This document shows, piece after piece, positions 1-11,900 of a DNA stretch of 64,000 nucleotides. Within the stretch, counting starts at the first letter, position 1; the number at the start of each line of letters is the position of its first letter. The stretch comes from Scenedesmus sp. PABB004 (lineage: Eukaryota), in assembly GCA_014905635.1 (NCBI GenBank), contig JABVCE010000009.1, forward strand, positions 124,001-188,000, given 5' to 3'. The position numbers and the translations under genes are program-made. The notes below the pieces were generated by a model. The model was not told where the DNA came from. It saw nothing but the letters and a program-made list of their open reading frames with translations, and made no database searches.

Positions 1-213
1 AGGGCTGCCCCGCGCGATCGTGTCAGCACTGATTTCTTGCCGCGCACACAGCTGGCGCTCGCCCGCCCCGCCAGCCCGCGCACGAGCCGGAGTGCGCAGC
101 TTCGCGCGCGTGCGGCTCGCCCGCGCGCGCCGGGTCACGCTCGCAGCTGGCGCCAGCGCCCCGACACTCTCGGCGAATCCGAGCTAGGCGTGGCGGGCAG
201 CAGCGGCAGCAGC

Positions 214-1509
214 ATGGCCCGCGCGGCGTCGCTGCTGCTGCTGGCGTGCGCCGCCGTCGCTGCGGCGGGAGCAGCTCCTCCAGCAGCTCCAGCAGCTCCT
301 GCAGCAGCGCCAGGACCCCGGCCAGCCTCACCAGGCCCAGCAGCGCCGCCGCCGGCGGCGGTGCCGCCCGGCTGCGGGCTCGGCCTGCTGCGCGCGGCGG
401 GGCCGTGGCGCGTGGTCGAGGCGCGGGAGGTGTTCTCCATCGTGCCAGACTTTGTGCGCCCGGGGCGAAATGCGAGCGACTCCGCCGCGCCGGCGCGCGC
501 GTCGGAGGCGCTGCTGCTCCTCGAGGCCCGCCCGCCCGCGTGGGAGGGCGCCCCGGCGCTGCTGTGCGTGCGCGCGGCCGCGCCGCTCGCGGCGGCGTGC
601 CGCCCCGGCGGCGGCGCGGCTGCCGCGGCGGCCGCAGCTGTCGAGGCGCCGCTGCCGCGCGACGCCGCGTCGTTCATCTTTGGCGACGCCGCGGGCGCCG
701 GCGCAGCGGGGCCCTGCCTGGAGCTTGCGCGCGACGGGACCGCCGCGGCGCTCGTCGTCGACGCGCCGCGCGCGCCCGGCTGCTGGCCCGGGTCGGGCTA
801 CTGCAGCGACGGCCGGACGGCGTGGCGCGTCGCGCCGCGCCGCGGCGCGGGCGGGCGGGACGCTCTGCTGGTGCTCAACATCACGCGCACGCGCAGCACC
901 GTCCAGGACACCGACGGCGCGACCGAGACCTGGTCGGCGGAGCTGCCGCTGGCGGTCGCGGCGGGCTGCGCGCTCGGCGTGCGCGCGGCGGCGGCCACGG
1001 AGGCCGGCGCCGCGGCGGCCGCCGGCGGCGGCGGCGGCGCGGCGGCGGCGGCGGCCGGCGCGCCGCTGTGCGCCGCGTGCGGCGGCGGCGGGCAGGTTGG
1101 CCTCGCCGCAGCGACCAGCGACGCCTGCGTGCGCTGCCCCGCGCGCTCCAGCAGGGCGGGCGGCGGCGGCGGCGCGTGGCGGTGCGTGCCGGGCATGCCG
1201 GCGGGGTTTGAGAGCGTCGCGGTGCGCACCGGCCGCGGCGGGCACCCCGAGTGCGCATCGGTCGACGGCAGGACCTGCCTGCGCGGCCTCGGCGGCGCCG
1301 CGACGGGCTGCGCCGCGCTCGCGGCGGCGCTCAACCGCGCGCCGCTGCCGGTTGCGCTGCGGCCGCTCGCGTGCGGCGCCGCGCACGCGGCCGCGTGGCC
1401 GTCGGTCGGCACGGGCTACCGGCGGGGGCACTGGTGCGTGACCGCGCGCGACGAGCTGCAGGACAGCCAGCCGCCCGTGCGCGGGCGCTGCGTCCCCGCG
1501 GCGCCCTGA
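214..1509 (+). CDS. Secreted Cys-rich protein of unknown function (apparently single exon)
   Basis: ATG at 214 is followed by a signal-peptide-like MARAASLLLLACAAVAAAG, a Pro/Ala linker and a C-terminal Cys-rich module (WRCVPG...ECASVDGRTC...LACG...TGYRRGHWC). Stop at 1507-1509. Confidence 0.7.
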   Translation: MARAASLLLLACAAVAAAGAAPPAAPAAPAAAPGPRPASPGPAAPPPAAVPPGCGLGLLRAAGPWRVVEAREVFSIVPDFVRPGRNASDSAAPARASEALLLLEARPPAWEGAPALLCVRAAAPLAAACRPGGGAAAAAAAAVEAPLPRDAASFIFGDAAGAGAAGPCLELARDGTAAALVVDAPRAPGCWPGSGYCSDGRTAWRVAPRRGAGGRDALLVLNITRTRSTVQDTDGATETWSAELPLAVAAGCALGVRAAAATEAGAAAAAGGGGGAAAAAAGAPLCAACGGGGQVGLAAATSDACVRCPARSSRAGGGGGAWRCVPGMPAGFESVAVRTGRGGHPECASVDGRTCLRGLGGAATGCAALAAALNRAPLPVALRPLACGAAHAAAWPSVGTGYRRGHWCVTARDELQDSQPPVRGRCVPAAP

Positions 1510-1679
1510 CGCGGCGGCGGTGTCGGCGCGAGTGCATGCGGCGGGTCCCTGACGTCGGCGGCGGCGGCCGCACGCGTGCGACGCCCCCACTGCGACACGT
1601 GGGGGGGCGCGGGCCTTGTGCCCTGGGCTTGCGCCGCGCGTGGAACGCGAGCGACGCCCCGCCCCCGCCCGGCCCTCCG

Positions 1680-4600
1680 ATGGCGCCGCTGCCGTCGCGT
1701 GCTGCTGCCAGAGTCTCTCCCCCCACGCCCCGGGCCGCCCACCGGCCACACGCGCGCCGCACCGCACGCGCCGCCGCCGACCGCGCCGCCGCTGCTCCGC
1801 GCGCGCCGCACCACCCCCCGGCCGCCAGACGCAGCCGTGATCGCCAGGAGGAGCTGCCTGCACGGCGCTCCGCTGCGCCAGGCGCGGCGGGAGCTCGCGA
1901 GAGCAGCGATGCGCAGCTCGAGGCACTGCTGCGCGCGGCGGGCGCATGCCTCTCGACTGCGCGGGGCGATGCCCGTCGACTGCTTCGCTTGATGATAGTC
2001 GTCTGTGGCGTCCTGCTCGCGCTGCTGGCGCTGGCTGCGGTGCTGAGGTGCGCGAGGGCGGCAGTCGCCCGCCGCGTGGCGCCCCGGCCCGATCGCGGGG
2101 CGGCGCCCCGCGCCCCGGGACCGCCTGCTCCTCGGCCGCACACCTGACCGCGCCGCGCCGCCGTCGCCGCGCCGCGCGCCGCGCCGCGCCGCCGCCGCGC
2201 GCCGCCGCTGCTCCGGCACCGCGCGCAGCGTGGGCAGCCTCTGGCGCAGCGAGAGCGCCGAGCGGCCGGGCGGCAGGGCCTCCCTGGACGGCGAGCCGTG
2301 GTGGGAGCGCGCCGTGATCGCGCGGCGGATGTCGATCGACGCCTGCGTCTGCCGCGTGTGCGGCAAGCCCACGACGACGCACTGCGGGCACTGCAAGAGC
2401 GTGAAGTACTGGTGCGGCGCTGCTGTCGTGCGGCTGGCGCCCGTGCTGCACGCTGGCACGCGGGCGGCAGCCGTTGACCGCTCGCCGTTCCGCCGGCCAC
2501 CGACGCCCGCGCCGCGCCGCGCCGCCGCAGCGGGCCCGCGTGCCAGCGCAAGGACTGGGGCGCGGCGCACAAGTTTGAGTGCCCCAACCTCGCGCGCCTC
2601 GCGGCCGCGGCCGCGGCGGCGGGCGGCGGCGACGACGCCGGCGGCGCCGGCGGGCCCGCGCCGGCCAAGCCGCCGCCGCCCGACCCGAACGAGGACGCGC
2701 CGGTGCCCCAGACCGTCCTCTTTCCCTACGCCCACTACCTGCAGCTCTGGCACAACCGCAGCAGCTGCCGGCGGCCGCCCGTGGGGCTGACCAACCTCAG
2801 CAACAACTGCTACGCCAACGCGGCGCTGCAGATCCTGCTCGCCAACCGGCCGCTGCGCGCCTACCTCGACCAGGGCCTACACAGCGGCAGCTGCAACAAG
2901 CCCTCCAAGCACGAGTGGTGCCTGCTCTGCGAGCTGCAGGCGCGGCGGCGGCGGCGGGTGGTCGCGGGAGCGCCCCAGGCGGCGGCAGCAACGGCGCCGC
3001 AGTCGCCCGCGCGGCTGGCTGGCTCACGCGCCGCGCCGCTGCCGCAGGCGCTCTGCAAGCGCCTGGCCGAGGCGCCGCCCAACGACGAGGTCAGCGTGCG
3101 CCCGCTGCTGCGCCACCTGCGGCGCTTCGCCAAGACGCTCAGCTATGGCCGCCAGGTGCGCGTGCTGCGGCCCGGCGCGTGCGCGCCGCGCTCCATCCGT
3201 CCGCCGGCGCCGCCACAGGAGCCCCGGCCCCCAGCGCGCGGCCGGGCCGGGCTCTGGCCTGGGCTCGCACCACGCCGCGCGCGGCGCCGCCCACGCTCCC
3301 ACCCACCCACCCACCCACCCACCCACCCACCCACCCACCCGCCCACCCACCCACCCGCCCGCCCACAACACGCGCGCGTGCCCCACCGCTTGCAGGAGGA
3401 CGCGCACGAGTTCTTCTACAGCCTGCTCAACACCATGGAGGCCATCCAGCTCACCAACTACGGCGGCAAGGAGCGCTTCGACGTCCGGTGCGGGGGGCGC
3501 GCAGGAGGACGGGCGACAGGCGGCGGCGGCGCGCGTGCGGCCCGCGCCCGCTGACACCGCGCCGCCGGGGCGACGCGCTGTGGTGCGCGCCGCCGCGCAG
3601 GAGCCAGGAGACGACGCTGGTGCACCACCTGTACGGCGCCTACCTGCGCAGCCAGGTGCTGTGCGGCGGCTGCGGCGCGGCGAGCCGGCGCTACGAGGTC
3701 GCGCTGGACCTGAGCCTCGAGGTCCCCCCCGGCGTGGACCGGCTGGAGGACGCGCTCGCGCGCCACACCGCGGGTGCGCCGCCGCGCGGCGCGGCGCGGC
3801 TCTAGCCTGCCCCTGGCGCGCGGCAGGGGGGTTGCGCGGCGCACAGGCAGGTGGCCGCGACCGAGCCGCGCCGCCGCCGCCGCCGCTCCCGGCGCAGACG
3901 AGGTGCTCGACGGCGACAACCGCTACGCGTGCGACGCGTGCGGGCAGCGCTGCCGCGCGACACGCTCCACGCGCTTCGAGGTGCGCGCGCCCGCACCCCT
4001 CCGCGCCCGCGCCCCTCCGCGCTGCGCCGCGCCCCTCCGCGCCGCACGCTCTGCCGCCGCGCGCCGACCGCCGCGCGCGGCCTCCCCCTCCCTCCCCCCT
4101 CTCTTGGCAGGTCGCGCCCAACACGCTCGTGCTGTGCCTCAAGCGCTTTGGCATGGGGCGCTTTGGCAAGATCAGCAAGCCGCTCGTGTACGGGGAGCAC
4201 CTGAGCCTGGGGCCCTTCATGGCCGCGGGCGCGATGGACGGCGGCGCGCCGGGCTACACCCTGTCGGGCGTCGTGGTGCACCTCGACCAGGCGCGCCCCC
4301 CCCCCCCCCCCCCCGCGCGGCGCAGCAGGGCGCGGTGCAGCGGGGCGCGCTGCGCACGCGGCGCGCACGCGGCGCGCCGGCCGCGGCCGGGGCGGCCCGC
4401 GGCGGCCGCCCACCGACGAGGCCGCCGCCGCCCGCCCACGCGCGCGCCGCTGTCGCCCCCGCCACTGTCGCAGATGAACTCGACGTCGTTCGGGCACTAC
4501 GTGTGCTACGTGCGCACCGCCGACGGGCGGTGGTGGGGCTGCGACGACGCGCGCGTCGTCGCGACGAGCGCGTCGCGCGTGCTGTCGCAGCAGGCCTACA

Positions 4601-5855
4601 TGCTGATATACGCCCGCGACACGCCCAAGCCCGCGCCGACGCCCGGCTACAAGCGCCCCGCGCCGCTGCACCCGCCGACCGCGGCGGCAGCTGCCGCGGC
4701 GGCGGCCAAGGCCACGGCGGCGGCGGCGGCCAAGGCCGCGGCGGCGGCGGCCAAGGCCGCGGCGGCCGAGGCCGCGACGGCGGCCGAGGGCGAGGGCGAG
4801 GTGGTGGCCAACGGCCACGGCGCGGCGGCGGGGCCCGCGGTCGAGGGGGAGGCGCAGGCCGCGGACCAGCAGGCGGCGCCGGCGCTGCCGGCGCCGGAGC
4901 ACCTGTCGCGCGTGGCGACGGCGCCCGCGGCGCTGGCGCGGCTCGCGCGCGGCCCCGGCAGCAGCAGCAGCGGGCGCGACGAGGAGGAGGAGGGCAGCCT
5001 CAGCCTCACGTCGTCGTCGTGCCTTGCCGACGCAGACGCGTCGCGCTGCTCCACGCCCACGCCGCGGCGCAGCAGCAGCGAGGCTGCGCTGGGCGCGGGC
5101 GCGGGCGCGGCCGCCGCAGCTGCGGCGCAGCAGCAGCCTCATCCTGGCGTGGCGGGCAGGGCGGCGCCGCAGCCAGCAGCGCCCCCGCTGGCGCCGCGCT
5201 GCCGGCGGTGCGCCACAAGCTCTCGCGCGCGGGCCCGGAGCTGCTCTGCCTGCGCGCGCAGCTGCCCGGCGTCGCGCGCGCGGCCGAGGTCTCGGTCGCC
5301 GTCGCGAGCTGCGGGGGCCACGCGCTGCAGCAGCTGGAGCTCTCCGTGCCGGGGCGCTTCGCGCCGCTGGTGGTGCCGCTCGGCGCGCTGCTGGGACCGG
5401 GGCAGTCGGTCGCCGCCGTGAGCGGCAAGCTCTACTGCCGCCGCGCCACGCTGAGCCTCAAGCTCCACCTCGCGCCGCTCGGCGGCGGCGGCGCCGACGG
5501 CGACGAGGGCCTGGCGGTCGTGCACTGGCACAGCCCCGGCGGCGCCGACGCGAGCAGCAGCGGCAGCGAGAGCGACAGCGCGCGCCTGCCGACGCGCGCG
5601 ATGCGGAGCGTCGTGAGCGCGGCGGACCTGAGCATCCTCGTGGGCCGCCACCTCGCCGCCGGCGCGGCCGGCCTGCGCAGCGGCGGCGGCGCGTCCGCGG
5701 ACGCCGTCGGCGGCGAGGGCGGCGGCAGCGCCGACGCCGGCAGCGGCACCGCGCCCGTGGACGGCGGCGGCGCCGAGGGCGGCGGCGGCAAGGCCAAGCC
5801 CAAGGGCGGCGGCGCCAAGAAGGGCGCCGCCAAGGGCAAGGGCAAGCGACGCTGA
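1680..5855 (+). CDS. Ubiquitin carboxyl-terminal hydrolase (USP/C19) with N-terminal TM helix, MYND zinc finger and probable C-terminal CS/PIH1-like domain; multi-exon, plant UBP15-19-like architecture
   Basis: The hydrophobic LMIVVCGVLLALLALAAVL exon splices in frame (intron ~2048-2228) to the MYND motif CRVCGKPTTTHCGHCKSVKY. Also present: Cys box GLTNLSNNCYANAALQIL, QEDAHEF, and His box GVVVHLD..FGHYVCYVR..WWGCDD..QQAYMLIY. Start is uncertain (1680 or 1992), and there is a frame discontinuity near 5190. Confidence 0.85.
3298..3356. repeat. (CCCA)n microsatellite inside a USP intron
   Basis: Directly visible tandem CCCA units. Confidence 0.9.
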
Positions 5856-5949
5856 GCGGGCAGCTGAGGGACGGCCGGATCGCTCCGCGGCGCGCCGCAG
5901 CAGCGTTTTGCAGTAGAGCGAGCGAGCGGCGTGAGGCGCAGGCCGGTGG

Positions 5950-8900
5950 CAGGGGCCTGCACGTCAACTGAGGTGTCTCGGGCCCGCCGTCGCCGCGATC
6001 AGGCACTTCCCGCGCAGCTGAGCCGCGGCGCCCCCTCAACCACTCACGCCCACCGGCCTCCTCCCCCCCCCCCCCCCCCTCCCGCACTCTCACTTGGCCG
6101 CCGCCGCCTCGCGCATGTCCGCCGCAAGCGCCGCCAGCGCCGCGTCGGGCTCGGCCAGGGGCGCCAGCGGCACACCACGAGCGCCGCCGCCCCCGCCGCT
6201 CGCCAGCTCCTCCAGCGCGGCGAACGCGTCGTCCGGCTCGCCAGCGAGGCGCGCCGTGAGCTCCTGCGGGCGCGCGCAGCACAGCGGGCGTTGCGCGCGT
6301 GAGACCGCGTGTGGCACGGCGCTGGCAGCCCCGGCCGCCGCTGGCCCCCACAGCCGCCCTGGCAGCCGCGCAGCGCACCTCAAACGCGACGAAGCCAGCC
6401 TCGGCCAGCTGCATGGCAAGGCGGGCATCGGTCAGCTCCGTCACCCCCGCGGCGCGAGCGGCGTCGAGCAGCCGCACGACTAGCTCGGGGCGGTCCGCGC
6501 CGGCCCAGGCGGCCGCCGCACCGGCCAGCACCGCCTGCTGCGCGCATGCGTCGTCGCCGCCCGGCGCGAGCGGCAGCTGCCGCCGCGTGACAGCGAGCAC
6601 CAGGCCCGCCAGCTGCCGGCGCTCGCCCGGCACGCAGCCCCACAGCTCGGCAAGCAGCGAAAACGTGGCGGCGTCCGCCTCCAGGCCGCTGGGGGCGCCG
6701 CCAGGCTCCGCTGCCGGCGCGCGCACGCCACCGACAGCCGCGCGCGCTGGCCCGCCGCCGCGCCTCGCGCTGCCCGCCCTGGCCGTGCCGCTCGCCGGCG
6801 GCGCTGGCGGCGGGTCCAGCCGCGCGGCCGCCTGCAGGTGCACCGCCAGCAGCTGCCGGCCAAACACCGCGCCCGCCACGCGCAGCGCGTCCTGCGCAGC
6901 GTCCAGCGCCGCGTGCTCGTTGCGCGCACGCTCGCGCTCGCGCACCACCTCCAGGGCCGCACCCAGAAACCCGTTGATCAGCGGCAGGCACAACAGGCCG
7001 CCCTGCGCCGCAGCCGCGCCCGCGCCGCCCTGCCTGCGCGCCGGCGCGCCGGTCGCGGGCGCGCCGGTCGCGGGCGCGCCGGTCGCGGGCGCGCCGGTCG
7101 CGGGCGCGCCGGCGGCCTGCCGCTCGTGCTCTGCCAGCAGCAGCTCTGCGGTCCGAGCCACGCCCTGGTCTCGCACGAGAACCACTGGCAGCGCCGCCTG
7201 CGCCACGGGCAGCGCAGGCAGCCAGGCGGCATGCTGCGCGGCCGCGCCGCGCTTGCCACTGGCGCCGCCGCTGGCGGCCGCCGCGACCTTTTCCGCCGTG
7301 CGGACAATGGCTAGGCCTGCAACGGCGACGGCAGCAGCGGTGAGCCGCGAATGGCCGAGGCCGAGGCAGGCGGCGCACGACCGCGCGCCGCAGCATGCAC
7401 CGCACCCTCGCGCCAGCACGCCTCTGCCTCGTCCGCCGCGCCCGCGCGCTCCCAGGCTCGCGCGGCGGCTGCCGCGGCCGCCAGCCCCAGGTCCAGGGCG
7501 AGGCTCTCCAGGCTGGGCTTGCCGGCGGCGCGCAGCCGCCTGAACAGCTCCAGCCCCAGCGCCCCCACCGCGGCCGGGGCCGGTGACGCCGCGGGGCCAG
7601 GGCGCGCGTGCGCCCAGTGAAGGCAGGCAAACAGGGCCGCAGCGGCGGCCTCCGGCGTGAGCGCGGCAACCCAGTTTTGTGGTGTAATTATCTTTGTCTT
7701 TGTCTTAACCCAGTCAAGCGCGGCCTCTGCCCCTGGGTCTGTAGCAGGGAGCTGGCTGAAGCCCAGCTGCGCGAGCGCCCAGCTTGCCTCCGCCACCGCC
7801 GCGGCGTCGCACTCGTCGGCCGCCGTGGCGCGGCGCGCGCCCTCCGCGCTCAGTGCCCCCAGCAGCGCCGCCGCCCGCTCTGGCTGCAGCGCCGGCTGCG
7901 CGGCCGCGAGTGCGTTGGCCAGCGCCGCCGCCGCGCGGGGCGGCACCGCCAGGCCGTCGTCCGACCAGGCGACCACGCACACGCACGCCAGCGCCAGCGG
8001 GCTCAGCAGTGCCGCAGTCTCGCCCTGGTCGCTGATGGTGCCGACGAGCGCAGCGACGCCCTCCAGCTGGCCGGGCGAAAGCAGGCGCGGCAGCGGCGCC
8101 GGCGCCTCGCCGCCTTCACTGCCCGCCGCTGCCAGCAGCTGCAGCAGCAGCGCGACGGCCGCCGTTGCAGGCGAGGCGACTGCCAGCAGCACGTCCAGCG
8201 TCGCGCTGAGCACCTCACGGCTGGCCGCGCCGGCGGCGCGGAGCTGCGGCTCCAGCTCGCGCGCTGCCGCCTCTCGTGCGCCCTCGCCAGCCGCCGCCGC
8301 GGCGGTCGCAAACCCTGCCAGCGCGCGCGTGGCGCCTGGCGCAGGCTCGGGGCCAAGCACGAGTGCCTGCAGCACGCGCTGCGCGGTGCTCACGCGGCCG
8401 TGCGTGCACAGCAGCATCACGAGCTGCGCCGCTGTGCCGGTGCCAGGCAGTTGCACCGGAGCGACGCCAGGCGCCAGCGCCGCCGGCAGCAGGATTTGCA
8501 GGGCAGCATCCGCAGTTGCCGCGGCTGCTGCCGAGCTCTCGCGCGCGGCGGCCTCCAGCACGGCCGGCAGCAGCGCAGCGTCACGCTGCATCAGCAGGCC
8601 CGCCAGCTTGCCTGCCGCGCCCCCAGCGTTGCTCCGCATCGCCGCACCCAGTGTTGCCAGCAGCGCGCCGCTGTCCGGACCCTCTGGCTGAGCAGCCCAC
8701 AGGCCGGCCAGGTGCTCCAGCAGCCCGGCATCGCTGGCCGCCAGCAACGCCGCCAGCGCGTGCTGCCCGGTCTCCACCGCTGCCGCGAGCAGCGCCCGCT
8801 GCGCGGCACCCGCCAGCTCGCCCACCGCTGCTGCTGCTCCGTCTGCCGTCTCCGCGTCTGGGCCGCCCCCGGCGTGGTGGCGCCACAGCGCCAGCACCTG

Positions 8901-11900
8901 GTCCGCAGCGTACGCGCCCTCACGTGCCTGCTGGCAGATCAGCGCGCTGCACACGGTTGCCGGCAGGGCCTGCTGTGCCGCCGGCCAGCCGCGCTGCGCC
9001 GCCGCCAGGAGCTCGTACAGCTGCCACGTGGTGTCCGGCGGCCCCGCGTCCCTCGCGCTCGCCGCCAGCAGGTCACATGCAAACGTGTGGACCGCGGCCG
9101 GCGGCGCCGCGGCGCACTGCTCGCGCAGCCACGACAGCAGCCGCGCCGGGTCGGCGCCCTGCACCACGGCTGCCGCTGTTGCCGCGTCGGGCGCCCGGCC
9201 CTGCTGCAGCAGCACCGCCAGCACGGCCAGGCTGGGGCTGCCGTTGCCCTGGTCGCCGCGGCCACCGGCGTGCGCCACCTTGGCCAGCAGCGCCGCCGGC
9301 AGCTGCGCCAGCAGCTGATGCTGCTCCGCGTGCGCCACCAGTCGCGCCAGCGCGCATGCGCTGCGCGTGGCCAGCGCCGCCTGCAGCAGGGCCGCCACCA
9401 GCGGCGCAGGCAGCCGCGTGGCCAGCAGGCCGTCGGCCGCATATCTGCTGAGCGCGGCGACGACTGCCTCACAGGCGTCCACCGACAGCGGCGGCGCCTG
9501 CGGCTCTGTCGCCGCTGCCGCCGTGAGCGCGTCCGGCCAGAGCTGCAGGAGGCTGCCGTCGTCGGTGCCGCGCCCAGCCGCGCGCGCAGCGCCGGCCACG
9601 GCGCCTGACAGCACCGCCGCCACGTCTTCAGCGGTCAGGTCCAGAGCTGCCGCGTGCTGCAGGGCCAGCCGGTACAGCCGGCCGCCACCGGCGGCGCACT
9701 GCGCGGCGGCGACCGGAAGCGCCGCCGCCAGGCCCGGCTTCCGCGGCAGGCGCCGCGGGCTCAGCAGCTCCACCACCCGCGGGGCCAGCTCTGCCAGCAG
9801 CTCCGCGTGCGCCGGGTGGCTGCTGACGGCGAGGCTGGCGAGCAGCGCGTCCAGCAGCAGCAGCCCGGGCACGTAGCCCCCGCCGCCAGCATCCCCCAGC
9901 GCCGCGCGCTGCAGCTGCTCGCTGGCTGCTGCGGCCGCAGACAGGACAACGAGGCGCACGAGCTGGCCAGCATGCAGCTCCCAGGACAGCAGCTGCGGCA
10001 GCTGGGCAGCCAGCCAGGCCTCGCTGGGGCGCTCGCCACCAAACGCGGGCGTGGCCGCCAAGCGCGCGTCGAGCCCGGCGGCCAGCGCCGAGGCCCATAG
10101 GTCTGCCAGCGCCTCCCAAGCCCCTGCAGGCGGCGGCGGTAGCGGCGGCAGCTGTCAGCCGCAGCAGCAGCACACATTCGCGCCTGCTGTGCTGAGCAGG
10201 TGTGTGCGTGCGCCGCTGGCACCGCACCCTCGACAACCGCCTGGCGTAGCAACAGCTCGTAGTCCTCGCCGTGCAGCAGCAGCACGGCCTTGGCGAGTTC
10301 TGCCAGGCTGCTGAGCCACTGCGCGGGCGTCAGGCTGCAGCGTCCTTGCACCAGGTGCTTGGCCACCGCCTGCAGCAGCGCCTGCGCCGGCGCCTCCAGC
10401 TGCTCAAACGGCCCCAGCACGCTGACGATGTGCTTTGCCATGTTGATGGCACGCGAGAAGTGCCTGGTATCTGTGTGAGCAGCTGCTGCCAGCCCAAGCA
10501 GCCTGGGAAAGAGGCGCCACACGCTGGGCGCAAGCGCAGCACCGCCACTGCCCTGATCGGCAAGCCTCAGCTCGAGCTGCACAGGGCTCAGCATAATCAC
10601 TGGAAATGGCAATGCCACAGTGCCATTAAGCAGCAGCTCTGTGTGGCAGTGGTGGCGGCGGCCAGCCACAGCCAGGCGCGCAGGCGCGCAGCGCTGATGG
10701 GCGCCAGGCTCAGGATGCGGCTGTTCACCAGGCTGCGCGCGCCCGTGCCGGTGATGCTCCAGCCCGCGGCGCAGGTCGCCTCTGCCACCGCCAGCGCTGC
10801 CGACTGCGCCGCTGACAGAAGTTCGTCGTACGGCCTGCGGGCGCGGGCGGCCGGCGGCAGGTGAGTGGCCGGTCAGGGCAGCCAGCAGTCTCTGCAGCCG
10901 GCAGATCCGCCCACAACGCTGGGCGCACCTGAGGAACTCCGGCTCCAGCGCGCCGGGGCCCATCAGCAGCCGTGCGGCCTGGAGGCTGCTGGCACCGCTG
11001 CTGATGCGCGTCTGTGCGAGCGCCGCCGCAAACCAGACCGTGGTTGGCAGCTTGGGTCGCTGGCGTATCTCCAACAGTGGGCGTGCCGCTGAGATGCGGG
11101 AGAGCCAGTCCAGCAGCGCGCCAGTCAGCGCCGGGTCAAAGCTGTCCAGGGTGCTGCCCAGGAGCTGCAGCAGCTGCTCCACAGCGGGCCGGTCCCACGC
11201 CGCTTGAATGATATCCAGCTGCTCATCCGTCCATCCGCCTCCTTTGTTGTCACCTACCAGCAGCGCCGCCTGGAGGGTGCGCTGATGCTGCTCGCTAGCC
11301 GACTGCAGCATGCGCGCCAGCTGGGCAGCAGCGTCGGCCACCGCCGCGGCAGCGCCTGCAGCCCCACCGCCCTGCGCAGCGCCGCTGTGAGCTGACGCTG
11401 CCTTGGCTGCCGCCTCCGGCAGGGGCAGGCCGCGCTGCATGAAAACCTCCAGCGTGGCGGCTGCTGCGCGGTCGCCGCGCGCCAGCGCCAGCGCCCGCAG
11501 CTGCGTGCTCATCTGCACGGGCGCAGTGCTGAGGTGTGACGGCGGCATTCCAGAGCCCTGCAGCGCGCTGGCCGTGTGCAGCACCCAGCGCGCCAAGAAC
11601 GCGCTGTGCGGCTCCTGCAGCAGCGCCTGGCCGGTGGCGACTGCCTCGGGCCCCGGCTGCCCGCCCGCCTGCTCCAGCGCCAGGCCCACCAGGTCGCGCC
11701 AGTAAAAGCTGTACAGCCAGCAGGCGCGCCCAGCGTCGATGACCTGCGTGGCAGCAGGCAGCGAGGGGCGTGCGCAGGGGAGGGTCAGCGGAGCGCCACG
11801 CGGCTGCTGCCAGCAGGTCAGCTGACGCTGTGCTCACCTCCAGTTGGTTGCTGAGCTGCAGCTCGAGGTAGGCGTTGACAGGCTCGGCCCGGGCAGCGAC

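Noticed and set aside
1251..2147. Stand-alone small membrane-protein ORF
   Set aside because: Its TM segment splices in frame to the MYND exon and is better explained as the N-terminus of the USP gene.
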